Notes: a model not told the origin generated them from the letters alone. Shown: positions 40,248 through 50,623, counted from the first letter of the stretch. The stretch is DNA of 64,000 bases from Thermoplasmatales archaeon (GCA_027310185.1 DAIDBH010000017.1:222407-286406); one strand, 5' to 3'. A program made the numbers and translations.

Positions 40248-40262
40248 GCTTCCTGATATTTT

Positions 40263-41591
40263 TCACTCCGTTTCATCATTTATGAATGAACGAATGAACC
40301 CAAGTGGTATATGGATCCAGTCAGGCCTGTTCCTGGACTCATAAATTGTCTCATACATTGCCTTTTCAAGAATGAAGGCTTTTAACACAACAGGGAATAA
40401 GTCCTTCTTTTCCCTGAATCCAGGATCCAGATCTATCATTTCATTCATGTATGCAGATATCACAGTGTTTTCAAGCAATTTAGATGTTTTTCCCGGTTTA
40501 TTCATCCTTCCCCTGCAAAGGTAGTCGAAGGAACGTATCAGTCCTGCAAGGTCCTTCATGGTACTCTGCTTTGAAGACTTTTCTCTGATGGACCTCATTG
40601 GTTCTCCTTCAAAGTCTATAACCTGCGGACCAGATCCTGTCTTCAATATCTGGCCAAGGTGAAAATCTCCATGGATCCTCTGCTTCAGGAAGTTATCTGT
40701 AATTAATTTTTCAAATGCCTCACCAGCCTTCCTCACAGCTGGCATTCCATTATAAACTTCATGGAATAGTTCCGACTGCCCTTCCCTTATTTTACAAAGT
40801 TCATATACCATTTCTTCGTATGATTTGTAAGAGTCTTGCAATGACTGGATGTCTTTCAAATTGAATAATTCTGTTTCAAATCCTTCATTCCTGATGATAG
40901 ACAGGGAATAATGCATCTTCGCCGTCACTGAAGCTATATTCCTTGCTGATTCCATAACAATATTTACAAAATTGTCATCCTCTGGTATGCGGTTGAGATA
41001 GCTCCAGTAGTCACCCTCATTTTCCATAAACCGTGAAAATGTCATGATGCACTCCTTCTCCCTGAAGGTCACCATACCTAGAGGTTCCGGTGTGTTCCTG
41101 AAATTTGTATGCTTCCAGAGATTCAGTGGTATGATGTAATCAGGATTTTCCACGTCTGAGGATGTCCTGAAGAACTTTCCTATCACATTTCCATTGATTA
41201 TAAAGGACGAATTGCTCTGGTTTCCGTTAAATGCATGATATGAACCAAGGTTTTGCAGAATTTCATTCCTGTTCCCGTTGAACCTGATTTCTGTATCTTT
41301 TCCACTTTCCAGCAGTTTCCTTATCATGAGGACAACTTTTCCTGATCTTATTGAATCTTCAGTTTCATCTTCACTGCCATCTCTAACATTGAGCAGGAGA
41401 TTGATAAGCATTCCTGTTCCCTCTGATCTCAATTTTACTGTGAAAGGTTCATTTCCTGATACTTCTTCAGGGTACGTTTCTATTACCCTCATATCCGCTG
41501 GATCGTGTCCCTTGAGAGGATACCATCTCTCACTTACCATTTCCCTGAATATTCTTTCCCTGTTTATCCTAACAATTTCCTCTGTTCTCAT
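40263..41591 (-). CDS. pep2: Maltokinase (Pep2/Mak)
   Basis: NQSNSS, QRIHGDFHLGQIL, IDFEGEP, DLAGLIRSFDY, LEKAMYETIYESRNRPDWIHIP; ATG 41591 overlaps treS stop (ATGA). Confidence 0.9.
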   Translation of the reverse strand: MRTEEIVRINRERIFREMVSERWYPLKGHDPADMRVIETYPEEVSGNEPFTVKLRSEGTGMLINLLLNVRDGSEDETEDSIRSGKVVLMIRKLLESGKDTEIRFNGNRNEILQNLGSYHAFNGNQSNSSFIINGNVIGKFFRTSSDVENPDYIIPLNLWKHTNFRNTPEPLGMVTFREKECIMTFSRFMENEGDYWSYLNRIPEDDNFVNIVMESARNIASVTAKMHYSLSIIRNEGFETELFNLKDIQSLQDSYKSYEEMVYELCKIREGQSELFHEVYNGMPAVRKAGEAFEKLITDNFLKQRIHGDFHLGQILKTGSGPQVIDFEGEPMRSIREKSSKQSTMKDLAGLIRSFDYLCRGRMNKPGKTSKLLENTVISAYMNEMIDLDPGFREKKDLFPVVLKAFILEKAMYETIYESRNRPDWIHIPLGFIRSFINDETE

Positions 41592-43243
41592 GCAGCATCT
41601 GGCTTCTCCAAACTCATCCAGAAGAATGAGTTTCTCTGTAAAGTGAAGAAATATGGCAGATCGCCTATATCTGGAAATCTTGAGAGGCTGAGCATCTCCC
41701 TTACATGCCAGCCTGAATATTTTCTGAGGTCCATGGTCACATAGGATGGTTTTCTTGAAAGATTGTAAACGCACAGGATTGTCTGATTCTCATATGTTCT
41801 TATGAAGGCAAGAATCTCCTTTTGATCTGAGTGGATGAATTCTATTGTTCCCCTGCCAAAAACTTGAGCACTCTTCTTCCTTGTTATAATTAGTTTCCTG
41901 AGCCAGTTAAGGAATGAGGAAGACAGCCTCGACATTGATTCTACGTTATTCACTTCATAGTGATAATTGGAATTTATGATCACAGGCGCGTATAACTGTT
42001 CCGGATCTGCCCTTGAAAAACCTGCATTCCTGTCATAGGACCACTGCATGGGTGTTCTCACACCGTTCCTGTCTCCAAGGTATATATTATCACCCATGTT
42101 AATCTCATCCCCGTAATAGAGGATAGGAGAGCCTGGTAATGACATTATGAGAGCACTGAGGAACTCCAGTACGTACCTATCATTGTCTACCAGCGGTGCA
42201 AGCCTTCTCCTGATTCCTAGATTCAGTCGCATCTTCGGCACCTTTGCATATTCACTATACATTATATCCCTTTCCTCGTCGGAGACCATTTCCAGGGTCA
42301 ATTCATCATGATTCCTGAGGAATAACCCCCATGAACATTTTTCAGGGACAGGAAGGGTTTTTGAAATGATATTCTCAATGGGGAAGGCATCTTCCTTTGC
42401 CAGTGCTATGAATATCCTTGGCATGAGTGGAAAATTAAAATTCATCTGGAATTCGTCCTCATTTCCAAAATATTTTTTTGCATCATCAGGCCACTGGTTT
42501 GCCTCTGCAAGGAGTATCCTGCCTGGATACTCCTCATCTATCATCTTCCTGAGCTCCCTGAAATACTCATGTGTTTCAGGAAGGTTTTCACAGCTTGTTC
42601 CCTCCCTTTCAAAAAGGTATGGTACTGCATCACACCTGAAGCCGTCCAGTCCCCTGTCAAGCCAGAATCTTATGACTTTCTTCATCTCCTCCCTTACTTC
42701 TGGATTGTCATAATTCAGATCTGGTTGATGACTGAAGAACCTGTGCCAGTAATACTGCCCTGTTTGCGGGTCCAGTGTCCAGTTGGACCGCTCCGTGTCA
42801 ATAAATATTATCCTGACACCCTCGTATTTATCGGGTGTATCTGACCAGACAAACCAGTCCCTCTTAGGGTTGTTCCTGTCCTTTCTCGCTTCCTGAAACC
42901 ACTTTATCTGATCTGAAACGTGGTTGAGTACAAGATCGGCAATAACTCTTATCCCAAGCCTGTGGGCCTCAACCATTAAATCATCGAAGTCTTTCAGTGT
43001 CCCGTATTCCGGGAGTATTGAATAGTAGTCCCGTATATCGTATCCATCATCCCTGAGTGGGGAATCATAGAATGGAAGAAGCCAAATGCAATCTATTCCA
43101 AGACTCTTAATATATTCAAGCTTCTGTGTGAGCCCCTGAAGATCTCCTATACCATCTCCATTTGAATCGTAGAACGATCGTACCGGCACCTCGTAAAATA
43201 TCGCATCTTTATACCACAGCCTTTCCTGTGCATCAGATATCAT
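41588..43243 (-). CDS. treS: Trehalose synthase / maltose alpha-D-glucosyltransferase (GH13_16)
   Basis: WYKDAIFYE, DSNGDGIGDL, GFRCDAVPYL, LLAEANQW, FLRNHDELTLEMV, GIRRRLAPL, RNGVRTPMQW. Confidence 0.95.
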   Translation of the reverse strand: MISDAQERLWYKDAIFYEVPVRSFYDSNGDGIGDLQGLTQKLEYIKSLGIDCIWLLPFYDSPLRDDGYDIRDYYSILPEYGTLKDFDDLMVEAHRLGIRVIADLVLNHVSDQIKWFQEARKDRNNPKRDWFVWSDTPDKYEGVRIIFIDTERSNWTLDPQTGQYYWHRFFSHQPDLNYDNPEVREEMKKVIRFWLDRGLDGFRCDAVPYLFEREGTSCENLPETHEYFRELRKMIDEEYPGRILLAEANQWPDDAKKYFGNEDEFQMNFNFPLMPRIFIALAKEDAFPIENIISKTLPVPEKCSWGLFLRNHDELTLEMVSDEERDIMYSEYAKVPKMRLNLGIRRRLAPLVDNDRYVLEFLSALIMSLPGSPILYYGDEINMGDNIYLGDRNGVRTPMQWSYDRNAGFSRADPEQLYAPVIINSNYHYEVNNVESMSRLSSSFLNWLRKLIITRKKSAQVFGRGTIEFIHSDQKEILAFIRTYENQTILCVYNLSRKPSYVTMDLRKYSGWHVREMLSLSRFPDIGDLPYFFTLQRNSFFWMSLEKPDAA

Positions 43244-45159
43244 TTCAAAACCCTCTTGAGTATGTGTACGGGCTTGAATTCAGGCGTAAGACGCACATAA
43301 TTCCGGCCATCCACCCATGAGTAGCTTTCAAGGTTATAAATATCCATCACATTGATCCTGGAATAGCCTTTCCATTCATCGGGTATTTCCACCATGCCTT
43401 CCTGCATCTGATCTGGGTTTAGATTTACTATCACCATGATCTTGTTCTGGTCAAATCCCCTTGTATATGCAAGCAGAGAGGGATTATTGGTTTCAATGAA
43501 TTTCAGATTTCCCCTCTCCATGAACACGGGGTTCTTCCTTCTTATCTCATTGAGTCTTCCAATTTCTTCCCTGATGTTTATCGGGTCGTTGAAATCCCTG
43601 GATTTGATTTCATATTTTTCTGAATCAAGATACTCCTCTTTTCCTGGAATCGGCGTGTTCTCGCATATTTCGTATCCACTGTATATTCCCCACGATGAAG
43701 AGAGGGTTGCTGCAAGTATTGCCCTGATAATGAACTGGGCCCTGCCTCCATACTGCAGGGTGTACGATAGTATGTCCGGTGTATTTGTGAAAAGAACTGG
43801 CGTAAAAAATGCCCTTACTTCAGGAGTGTTCAGTTCCGTGAAATAATCCCTTATTTCCCAGTCAAAGTTCTTCCATGTGAAATAACTGTAAGAAAGCTGG
43901 AATCCAACCTTGCTCAAGCGGTACATCAGGTTTTGTGTTGTAAATGACTCACTGAGGAATACAGTATCAGGATATTCCTTCCTGACTGACTGGATCAGCC
44001 ACTCCCAGAAACCCAGTGGCTTCGTGTGAGGGTTATCCACCCTGAACGTTCTTACCCCTACTGCTGCCCAGTACATGACAACACTCTTTAGTTCCTCCCA
44101 TAATTCATCCCTGTTACTGCAGTAAAAATTGAATGGATATATATCAAAATATTTCTTTGGCGGGTTTTCTGCATATCTTATTGTACCGTCCGGCCTCCTG
44201 TAAAACCATTCTGGATGCTCCCTCACATAAGGGTGATCCGGTGAGCACTGGAACGCCATATCCAGAGCTATCTCCATTTTCCTGGACCTCGCTTCGTTTA
44301 TCAGGAATTTAAAATCATCCAGTGTTCCCAGTTCTGGTGCAATTGACCTGAATCCTCCCTTCTCACTTCCAACCGCCCATGGACTTCCTGGATCATCCTT
44401 CTCACATGGAATGATCCCATTTTTTCCCCTCCTGTTTGTCTGGCCTATGGGGTGAATGGGTGGCAAATATACAACGTCAAACCCCATTTTAGAAATGTAG
44501 TCAAGCCTTTGTGCAAGATCTCTGAGTGTGCTTGATTTTTTTCCCTCTGGAGGTTGAGACCTTGGAAAAACTTCATACCATGATTTTGCCAGTTCATCAC
44601 CCATCACTTCCAACCAGAATTTCTTGGAATTTATCTCAGATTCCTTCTCATCATATCTATCCAGGATTGATGAAAAAGTTTCAGGGATCGATGCAAGACT
44701 TTCCTTTTCAGGCTTTTCTGCATTCACGATCTTCCATATTTCCCTGAAGGCCTTCCTGTTCCTACCCCTGGCTTTTCCCTCCATATTTGAAATTCTCTGT
44801 TTCAGTTCAAGCAGATCACTTTCAATGCTTTCGCCAGCCTCCAACCAGGACAGTATCCCCCTGATTATGGTCGTTGTTCTGTCGATCCAGGCACTTATTG
44901 TAATGCTGAAAGAACCTCTTTCCGGAAATTGCACAGTTGTTCTGAATACATCATTTAGTCCTGTGTATTTCAGTTCGGTCCTTGAAATAATCCTGCCTTT
45001 TCTTGACCTGATTACAACTCTTGCCCTGAGGTACTGGTGTGCAGTGGAATATATGACAGCTTCCACTGGAACGTTATCACCGTATCTTACTCTGGCAGGC
45101 AGAGTGCCATTATCAACTGCTGGCATTACCCTTTCTATATAAATGTCCCTGTACTTCAT
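43240..45159 (-). CDS. glgE: Alpha-1,4-glucan:maltose-1-phosphate maltosyltransferase (GH13_3)
   Basis: WYEVFPRS, YLPPIHPIG, PGSPWAVG, QCSPDHPY, YAENPPKKY, FRVDNPHTKP, NTPDIL, EEYLDSEKYE; GGAGGT SD before ATG 45159. Confidence 0.95.
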   Translation of the reverse strand: MKYRDIYIERVMPAVDNGTLPARVRYGDNVPVEAVIYSTAHQYLRARVVIRSRKGRIISRTELKYTGLNDVFRTTVQFPERGSFSITISAWIDRTTTIIRGILSWLEAGESIESDLLELKQRISNMEGKARGRNRKAFREIWKIVNAEKPEKESLASIPETFSSILDRYDEKESEINSKKFWLEVMGDELAKSWYEVFPRSQPPEGKKSSTLRDLAQRLDYISKMGFDVVYLPPIHPIGQTNRRGKNGIIPCEKDDPGSPWAVGSEKGGFRSIAPELGTLDDFKFLINEARSRKMEIALDMAFQCSPDHPYVREHPEWFYRRPDGTIRYAENPPKKYFDIYPFNFYCSNRDELWEELKSVVMYWAAVGVRTFRVDNPHTKPLGFWEWLIQSVRKEYPDTVFLSESFTTQNLMYRLSKVGFQLSYSYFTWKNFDWEIRDYFTELNTPEVRAFFTPVLFTNTPDILSYTLQYGGRAQFIIRAILAATLSSSWGIYSGYEICENTPIPGKEEYLDSEKYEIKSRDFNDPINIREEIGRLNEIRRKNPVFMERGNLKFIETNNPSLLAYTRGFDQNKIMVIVNLNPDQMQEGMVEIPDEWKGYSRINVMDIYNLESYSWVDGRNYVRLTPEFKPVHILKRVLK

Positions 45160-45160
45160 T

Positions 45161-47338
45161 TTATGACCTCCATTCAAGAATCAGGCATCCCAGTGGTGGC
45201 AGTGCAATTTCGATTGAGTTTTCCATGTTATGCCACCACCTTTTTGATGCAATCACCTTTCCCTCATTTCCAACCCCTGAACCACCGTAATACTGTGAAT
45301 CTGAATTGAATATTTCCCTCCACTCCCCTGATCTGGGTACCCCAATTCTGTAATCCCTTCTGATCACTGGAGTGCAGTTGAATACGAATATCAGGAAGTG
45401 ATCCGATTGCTGATCTCTTCTTATGAAAGAGAATATACTGCTTTCCCTGTCGGAGTAATCTATCCACTGAAATGCTCCCCCGTTGAAATCACCTCTCGCA
45501 AGGAAACTTCTTGAAAAGTATATATCACTCAGGTCCCTCAGCGATTCCCTTACGCCATTCATGAAGGAATTTAAATCTGCGTTGTTTATCAATCCTCTCG
45601 AAAAATCCCATTCTGAACCTACAGCGAATTCATCTCCCATGAATATCATCTTTTTTCCCGGGAAAGAGAACATGTAAGAATATAGCAATCTGACGTTTGC
45701 ATATTTCTGCCAATCGTCGCCTGGCATTTTCTGAAAGATGGATCCTTTGCCATAAACAACCTCATCGTGGGAAAATGGTAGAATGAATTTTTCTGAAAAG
45801 GAGTACCAGAAGGAGAACGTGATCCTATCCTGATGATATTTTCTATAAATTGGGTCATATGAAAAATATTCAAGAGTGTCATGCATCCAGCCCATGTTCC
45901 ACTTCATATCAAAACCAAGTCCTCCTGACTCAATTCTTGATGTTACTCCTGGCCAGGATGTAGATTCCTCTGCAATTAACACTACTCCTGGGAAGGATCT
46001 GTGAATATGCTCATTCAGGTTCCTGAAAAATGCAATAGATTCAAGGTTTTCATGACCTCCATAAATATTGGGCTCCCATTCACCCTCCTTCCTTGAATAA
46101 TCAAGATAAAGCATTGAAGAAACAGCATCCATCCTTAGTCCGTCACAGTGATATTCCTTTATCCAGAACACCGCATTTGAAATGAGGAAATTGATCACAT
46201 GTCTTCTTCCAACGTCAAAAACATATGTGCCCCAATCAGGTTGAATTCCTCTCTTTGGATTCTCATATTCATAAAGATGGCTCCCATCATAAAGCCCAAG
46301 GCCGTATGAATCCATTGGAAAGTGTGCGGGGACCCAGTCCAGGTATACCCCTATATTATTCTCATGAAGCGCATTTATCAAATGCTTGAAACCTTCTGGA
46401 TTACCGTGCCGTGAGGTTGGTGCGTAGTAATTGACAACCTGATACCCCCATGAATCATCCAGCGGATGTTCCATGACTGGAAGGAATTCTACATAATTGA
46501 ACCTGTTCTCTTTCAGGTACGGAATGAGCCTTTTTTCAATATCAAGATATGATGCATAAAGAGATTCATCTTCCCTGAGCCATGAACCTAGATGGATTTC
46601 ATAAACCATTATGGGTTCTAATTCGTAATTGGTAGAGAACCTCTTTTTCATCCATTCCCTGTCGTTCCATCTGAATTCGTCGATGTTAGTTACAGAACCT
46701 GTTCTTGGCCTGAGTTCTGTCTTGAATGCATAGGGATCACTTTTTTCGAGTAATTCCCCACCCCGGGTTCGTATTGCATATTTATAAATTTCATCACCGT
46801 TAATGTCTGGAATGAATATAGACCATATTCCACTATCATCCATGTTTTTCATGGGATGGCTTCCGGCAATCCAGTGATTGAAATTACCAATTACTGAAAC
46901 GCAGTTTGCATTCGGTGCGTAAACTGTAAACATTATGCCTTCGCATTCAGGAAACCTGATTCTATGAGCCCCCATGAATTCATATGCTCTGTAACTTTCG
47001 CCTGAGACATAGGATGAGATATCCTCTTTTTTTAAGTATGGTTCAAAAAAATATGGGTTGTGTTTCCTTTCCACATAACCAGAACTATCCATGTAACAGA
47101 TAACTATAGACCTTAGATCCTTTGCTGAAGGAATTGAGAACCTGAATATTGCGTTATTCTCTGATTCTGGTTCTACTGTTTTTCCGTTCAGTTCTATCCA
47201 CGCCCGCGATGCATTTGGAAGATAGCTATGGAAGGAGGTATTTTCACCCTCATTAACTGTTGACAATAATTGGTATGCATCATACAGTTTAAATTCCCTT
47301 AATAGTTTTAATTTGTTTTTCATTTCAGAAGGATTCAT
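45161..47338 (-). CDS. glgB: 1,4-alpha-glucan branching enzyme (GH13_9)
   Basis: YEIHLGSW, SWGYQ, DWVPAHF, LRMDAVSSMLY, IAEEST, KWNMGWMHD, SHDEVVYGK. Confidence 0.95.
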   Translation of the reverse strand: MNPSEMKNKLKLLREFKLYDAYQLLSTVNEGENTSFHSYLPNASRAWIELNGKTVEPESENNAIFRFSIPSAKDLRSIVICYMDSSGYVERKHNPYFFEPYLKKEDISSYVSGESYRAYEFMGAHRIRFPECEGIMFTVYAPNANCVSVIGNFNHWIAGSHPMKNMDDSGIWSIFIPDINGDEIYKYAIRTRGGELLEKSDPYAFKTELRPRTGSVTNIDEFRWNDREWMKKRFSTNYELEPIMVYEIHLGSWLREDESLYASYLDIEKRLIPYLKENRFNYVEFLPVMEHPLDDSWGYQVVNYYAPTSRHGNPEGFKHLINALHENNIGVYLDWVPAHFPMDSYGLGLYDGSHLYEYENPKRGIQPDWGTYVFDVGRRHVINFLISNAVFWIKEYHCDGLRMDAVSSMLYLDYSRKEGEWEPNIYGGHENLESIAFFRNLNEHIHRSFPGVVLIAEESTSWPGVTSRIESGGLGFDMKWNMGWMHDTLEYFSYDPIYRKYHQDRITFSFWYSFSEKFILPFSHDEVVYGKGSIFQKMPGDDWQKYANVRLLYSYMFSFPGKKMIFMGDEFAVGSEWDFSRGLINNADLNSFMNGVRESLRDLSDIYFSRSFLARGDFNGGAFQWIDYSDRESSIFSFIRRDQQSDHFLIFVFNCTPVIRRDYRIGVPRSGEWREIFNSDSQYYGGSGVGNEGKVIASKRWWHNMENSIEIALPPLGCLILEWRS

Positions 47339-47526
47339 CTTGCAACACTTTGATCATGTATGTTATTATTCATATTTATATATGATTTTTCCACATGTGT
47401 TAAATAATGCTTCTCAAAATTGGCACTTTGAAAGGAATTTCCTTTGCTTGACTTTTTATAATTTTCCCTGATTGATTGAAGTTTAAAATTACAATAATCA
47501 TAAATAAGCTTCCTAAATGTCTGAAT

Positions 47527-48396
47527 ATGACGGAAAATAGTAATGGAAATCCAAATTATCAGCCAAAGGGGAAGATAAAGATAAACACACCACCTCCACC
47601 AATACAGACAGCTCCACAGGCTTCAACAAAATACAAGGGTGTTAAGCACACCATCATGGTCATGAGTGGGAAGGGAGGAGTCGGGAAGAGCACATTTTCG
47701 GTTAATATTGCAGTTACGCTCGCCAGGAAGTATAGAGTTGGCCTTATTGATGCTGATATAAATGGACCTGATGACCCAAAGCTTCTTGGAGTTACAAAAG
47801 AGAAATTATATACCCAGGATGGCGGTATATTGCCTATTGATTCACCATATGGTGTAAAGGTAATATCAATGGCATTCCTGCTCCCGGATGAAAAAACCGC
47901 TGTAATATGGAGAGGGGCATTGAGACATAAGGCTGTCCAACAGTTTCTGGAGGACACCATTTGGGATAATATAGATTATGGGATTCTTGATTTTCCACCA
48001 GGAACTGGCGATGAAGCACTTACGGTTTCACAATTAGTACCTCAGGCAGATGGTGTTGTCATAGTAGTAACACCACAGGATCTTGCTCTTCTGGATGCGA
48101 AAAAAGCTATTAACTTTGCAGAGCAGATGCACATAAGGGTTCTTGGAATTGTTGAAAATATGAGTGGATTTGCGTGTCCTCACTGTGGAGAGATCACAGA
48201 TATTTTCAGATCAGGAGGGGCAGAAGAACTTGCAAAGGAGTTGAATATTCCATTTCTTGGTAAAATACCAATCTTCCCGGAGATAGTACAGAATGGAGAT
48301 GAGGGAATTCCAGCAGTGGAAGCCTCTGAAAAAGTAAGGGAAGTATACGATAAAATAGCGGAAAAATTGTTGGATCAGATAGAAAGAAAAAAATAA
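47527..48396 (+). CDS. mrp: Mrp/NBP35 (ApbC) Fe-S cluster carrier ATPase
   Basis: MSGKGGVGKST, DADINGP, IWRG, DFPPGTGDE, ENMSGFACPHC; start moved to ATG 47527. Confidence 0.93.
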   Translation: MTENSNGNPNYQPKGKIKINTPPPPIQTAPQASTKYKGVKHTIMVMSGKGGVGKSTFSVNIAVTLARKYRVGLIDADINGPDDPKLLGVTKEKLYTQDGGILPIDSPYGVKVISMAFLLPDEKTAVIWRGALRHKAVQQFLEDTIWDNIDYGILDFPPGTGDEALTVSQLVPQADGVVIVVTPQDLALLDAKKAINFAEQMHIRVLGIVENMSGFACPHCGEITDIFRSGGAEELAKELNIPFLGKIPIFPEIVQNGDEGIPAVEASEKVREVYDKIAEKLLDQIERKK

Positions 48397-48524
48397 ATTT
48401 CCCTCTTACTCTCTATACAAGATAGCTTTCCTCAATTTGCTTCATCATATTCTCCATGGGATTATACTTTCTTGTTTGTTATAAGTGATTTTTAGCGCTC
48501 ATTGAAATTTACCTATTTTCGATC

Positions 48525-48549
48525 ATTAAATGTGTGGCACACATTTAAT
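48525..48549. repeat. Perfect 12-bp inverted repeat with 1-nt spacer (ATTAAATGTGTG-G-CACACATTTAAT)
   Basis: Read directly; lies in the intergenic region between convergent mrp and cassette B. Confidence 0.75.
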
Positions 48550-49039
48550 TCTCATGAGAGAGTGCGTTCATGTTTGTTTACAATATTAATATTGCCATTT
48601 CTATAATTTATCTATTGCGAACCATGGATGTGTATTTCATTGGTCTAATCCTTCATTATGCAACGTCGGATCTGTAAATTAGACTTTCAATTGAATATAT
48701 GGCACTGTTTCTTATCCTTCGTCATAATCATTTGTTCTCTCTCTTATATGAAGCATCTATTGAAATATGATGCAATGGATTATTCTAACTCGAGGATATT
48801 CAGTCTTACAGTAACTTCACTGAAACAATCCCCTGAAAATTAAACTTTTCATCACATTGGCTCCTACTATCATGAAAGAAGCATTCTTTGATTTATTGTT
48901 GTTCATTATTTATCCATGATTGCAGAATATTTGTTCATTTTAAATCACCTGTCAAGACCCTTGGAATTAGTGGTTAAATGTAAGAAAGTATAAGGTGAAT
49001 AAAATTTTTCATTCCCCTCAACTTACAACTGGATTTTAT

Positions 49040-49423
49040 TTACCTGGGCGGCCCCTTCATAATTGCAGACATGAAGTCAATATGAAATTTCCTTGATCTC
49101 ATGTATTCCCCAAAGAATAATCCTGTAAATGGTACTACAGTGTATGATAGTGCTAAAAAAATTACAACGGTCAAGGTACTTATATTACCATTTCCGAGAA
49201 AATTTGTCATAAAAAAGAATGGGATTATGATCAGCCCTTCAATAATTAATATCACACCAGAATAGAAATCCCTGTATGCCTTCTGAGATTCCCATTTCTT
49301 TGAACCTGAACCTGGAGTCCCATATCTTATTGCATAGTATGAAACCATTAATGAGCCGAAAAGGAAAAAGAAAATGATTACGGCAACGAGTAAAATTCTT
49401 AATATGTAAGGATAAAGTATCAA
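49040..49423 (-). CDS. 127-aa three-TM membrane protein; candidate immunity protein (copy B)
   Basis: TTG start overlapping upstream TGA; same length and loop motifs as 37780-38163. Confidence 0.8.
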   Translation of the reverse strand: MILYPYILRILLVAVIIFFFLFGSLMVSYYAIRYGTPGSGSKKWESQKAYRDFYSGVILIIEGLIIIPFFFMTNFLGNGNISTLTVVIFLALSYTVVPFTGLFFGEYMRSRKFHIDFMSAIMKGPPR

Positions 49424-50604
49424 TTGCTATAACACCCCTGATATGCCCATGTGTTCCATCCTACAATATTAGCTATATTATTTATATATCCACTTATATC
49501 TGAGATATATATAATTCCCTCTACCCCATCTGATGCTATTACAGGTACATTTGAAAATATTGTGACTGTGTTTCCATTGCTTAGATATCCATATTCACCT
49601 ATGGATGAGTCTAGTGAACCAACACCAAATGACTGAAGAGGATAGAAGTAGTTTACAGAGTCAAAAAGCCATAGATATTTTTTCCCTTCTTTCTCATTAG
49701 CATAGGTTGATTCGTATAAATTAAGTAATCTAGAACTGACTGAAATACTCTCAATGCTCAAAGCCACTCCTATAGCTGCTAATACTGAATCAATGATGAC
49801 CGCAGCTACTCCAGATAGCCCTATAGTAAATGGAAGCAAGGATACTCCGACACCAAGAACAAAAATAATTACATCCTCCAATATAACTTCATCATTGCTT
49901 GCAGAGTTTGCGTGATTGAAGAAATTCTGTGCACTATTTCCGAGATAAACTGCATTTAATGTATCGTGCTGTCCATCTGTGATCGTGGTAAATATCAGGG
50001 AATATTTGAAATAATTTACACTGACCATCAACCATTCTCCATAGTCAGTACATATTGCTCCTGGAAGAGAATCTGAAGCTATTTGGAATGCAGTTGCGGC
50101 CCCATTATGCGTCTTGAGATTGTATCCTTTTACCTGCTCATTCCCAATGAACATTGCAGAACTTTGGAATGATGAGTTCTTTAAGGATTTGTTATTCAAT
50201 GTGGATATGAACATTTTCATCTCCCTATGGTTCTCCCTAATAAAGGAAGTTTCTTCTTCAGCTGTTATCCTGTTAAATATGGCATTATATGCAGAATTTT
50301 CATTAAGGAAGGTTACAAGATCACTTAGGATAATACTTGATGGATAGTTTATAAAATTTTCAATGGTATATCCATTTCTGTTAAGCCATTGATAAAAACC
50401 AAATGATAACATGTCACTCATGTTATGAGCACTGATTGATTTTACATATGATAAGACCGCGTAGTTGGATACTGATTCCTGTTCCTTTCCACTAGTACCT
50501 ACTCTATTCTGGCCCGCAGAAATATGAGCCAGCATTACAAAACCTCCTGTTATCATTATGAGTGAAACCATCATAGATGTTATCCATTTTACTTTTTGAT
50601 TCAT
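49420..50604 (-). CDS. Secreted protein with internal hydrophobic hairpin; candidate pore-forming toxin/archaeocin (copy B)
   Basis: Paralog of 36602-37783; identical blocks AICTDYGEWLMVSVNYFKYSLIFTTIT and YPLQSFGVGSLDSSIGEYGYLSNGNTVTIF. CDS is secure, function is inferred. Confidence 0.8.
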   Translation of the reverse strand: MNQKVKWITSMMVSLIMITGGFVMLAHISAGQNRVGTSGKEQESVSNYAVLSYVKSISAHNMSDMLSFGFYQWLNRNGYTIENFINYPSSIILSDLVTFLNENSAYNAIFNRITAEEETSFIRENHREMKMFISTLNNKSLKNSSFQSSAMFIGNEQVKGYNLKTHNGAATAFQIASDSLPGAICTDYGEWLMVSVNYFKYSLIFTTITDGQHDTLNAVYLGNSAQNFFNHANSASNDEVILEDVIIFVLGVGVSLLPFTIGLSGVAAVIIDSVLAAIGVALSIESISVSSRLLNLYESTYANEKEGKKYLWLFDSVNYFYPLQSFGVGSLDSSIGEYGYLSNGNTVTIFSNVPVIASDGVEGIIYISDISGYINNIANIVGWNTWAYQGCYSN

Positions 50605-50623
50605 ATCAATATATGCTATTTCG

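Noticed and set aside
41592-41774. 61-aa N-terminal extension of maltokinase in the ORF track
   Set aside because: Overlaps the treS 3' end; the ATGA-coupled start at 41591 is more plausible. No TreS-Pep2 fusion because treS has its own stop
48560-48960. 61-aa ORF or possible pseudogene in the mrp-cassette B gap
   Set aside because: No motif, SD or consistent frame
36602-50604. Composite transposon bounded by the two inverted cassettes
   Set aside because: The flanking units are not IS elements, are strongly diverged at synonymous sites, show no target duplication I could find, and the interior includes housekeeping genes (mrp, pduO)
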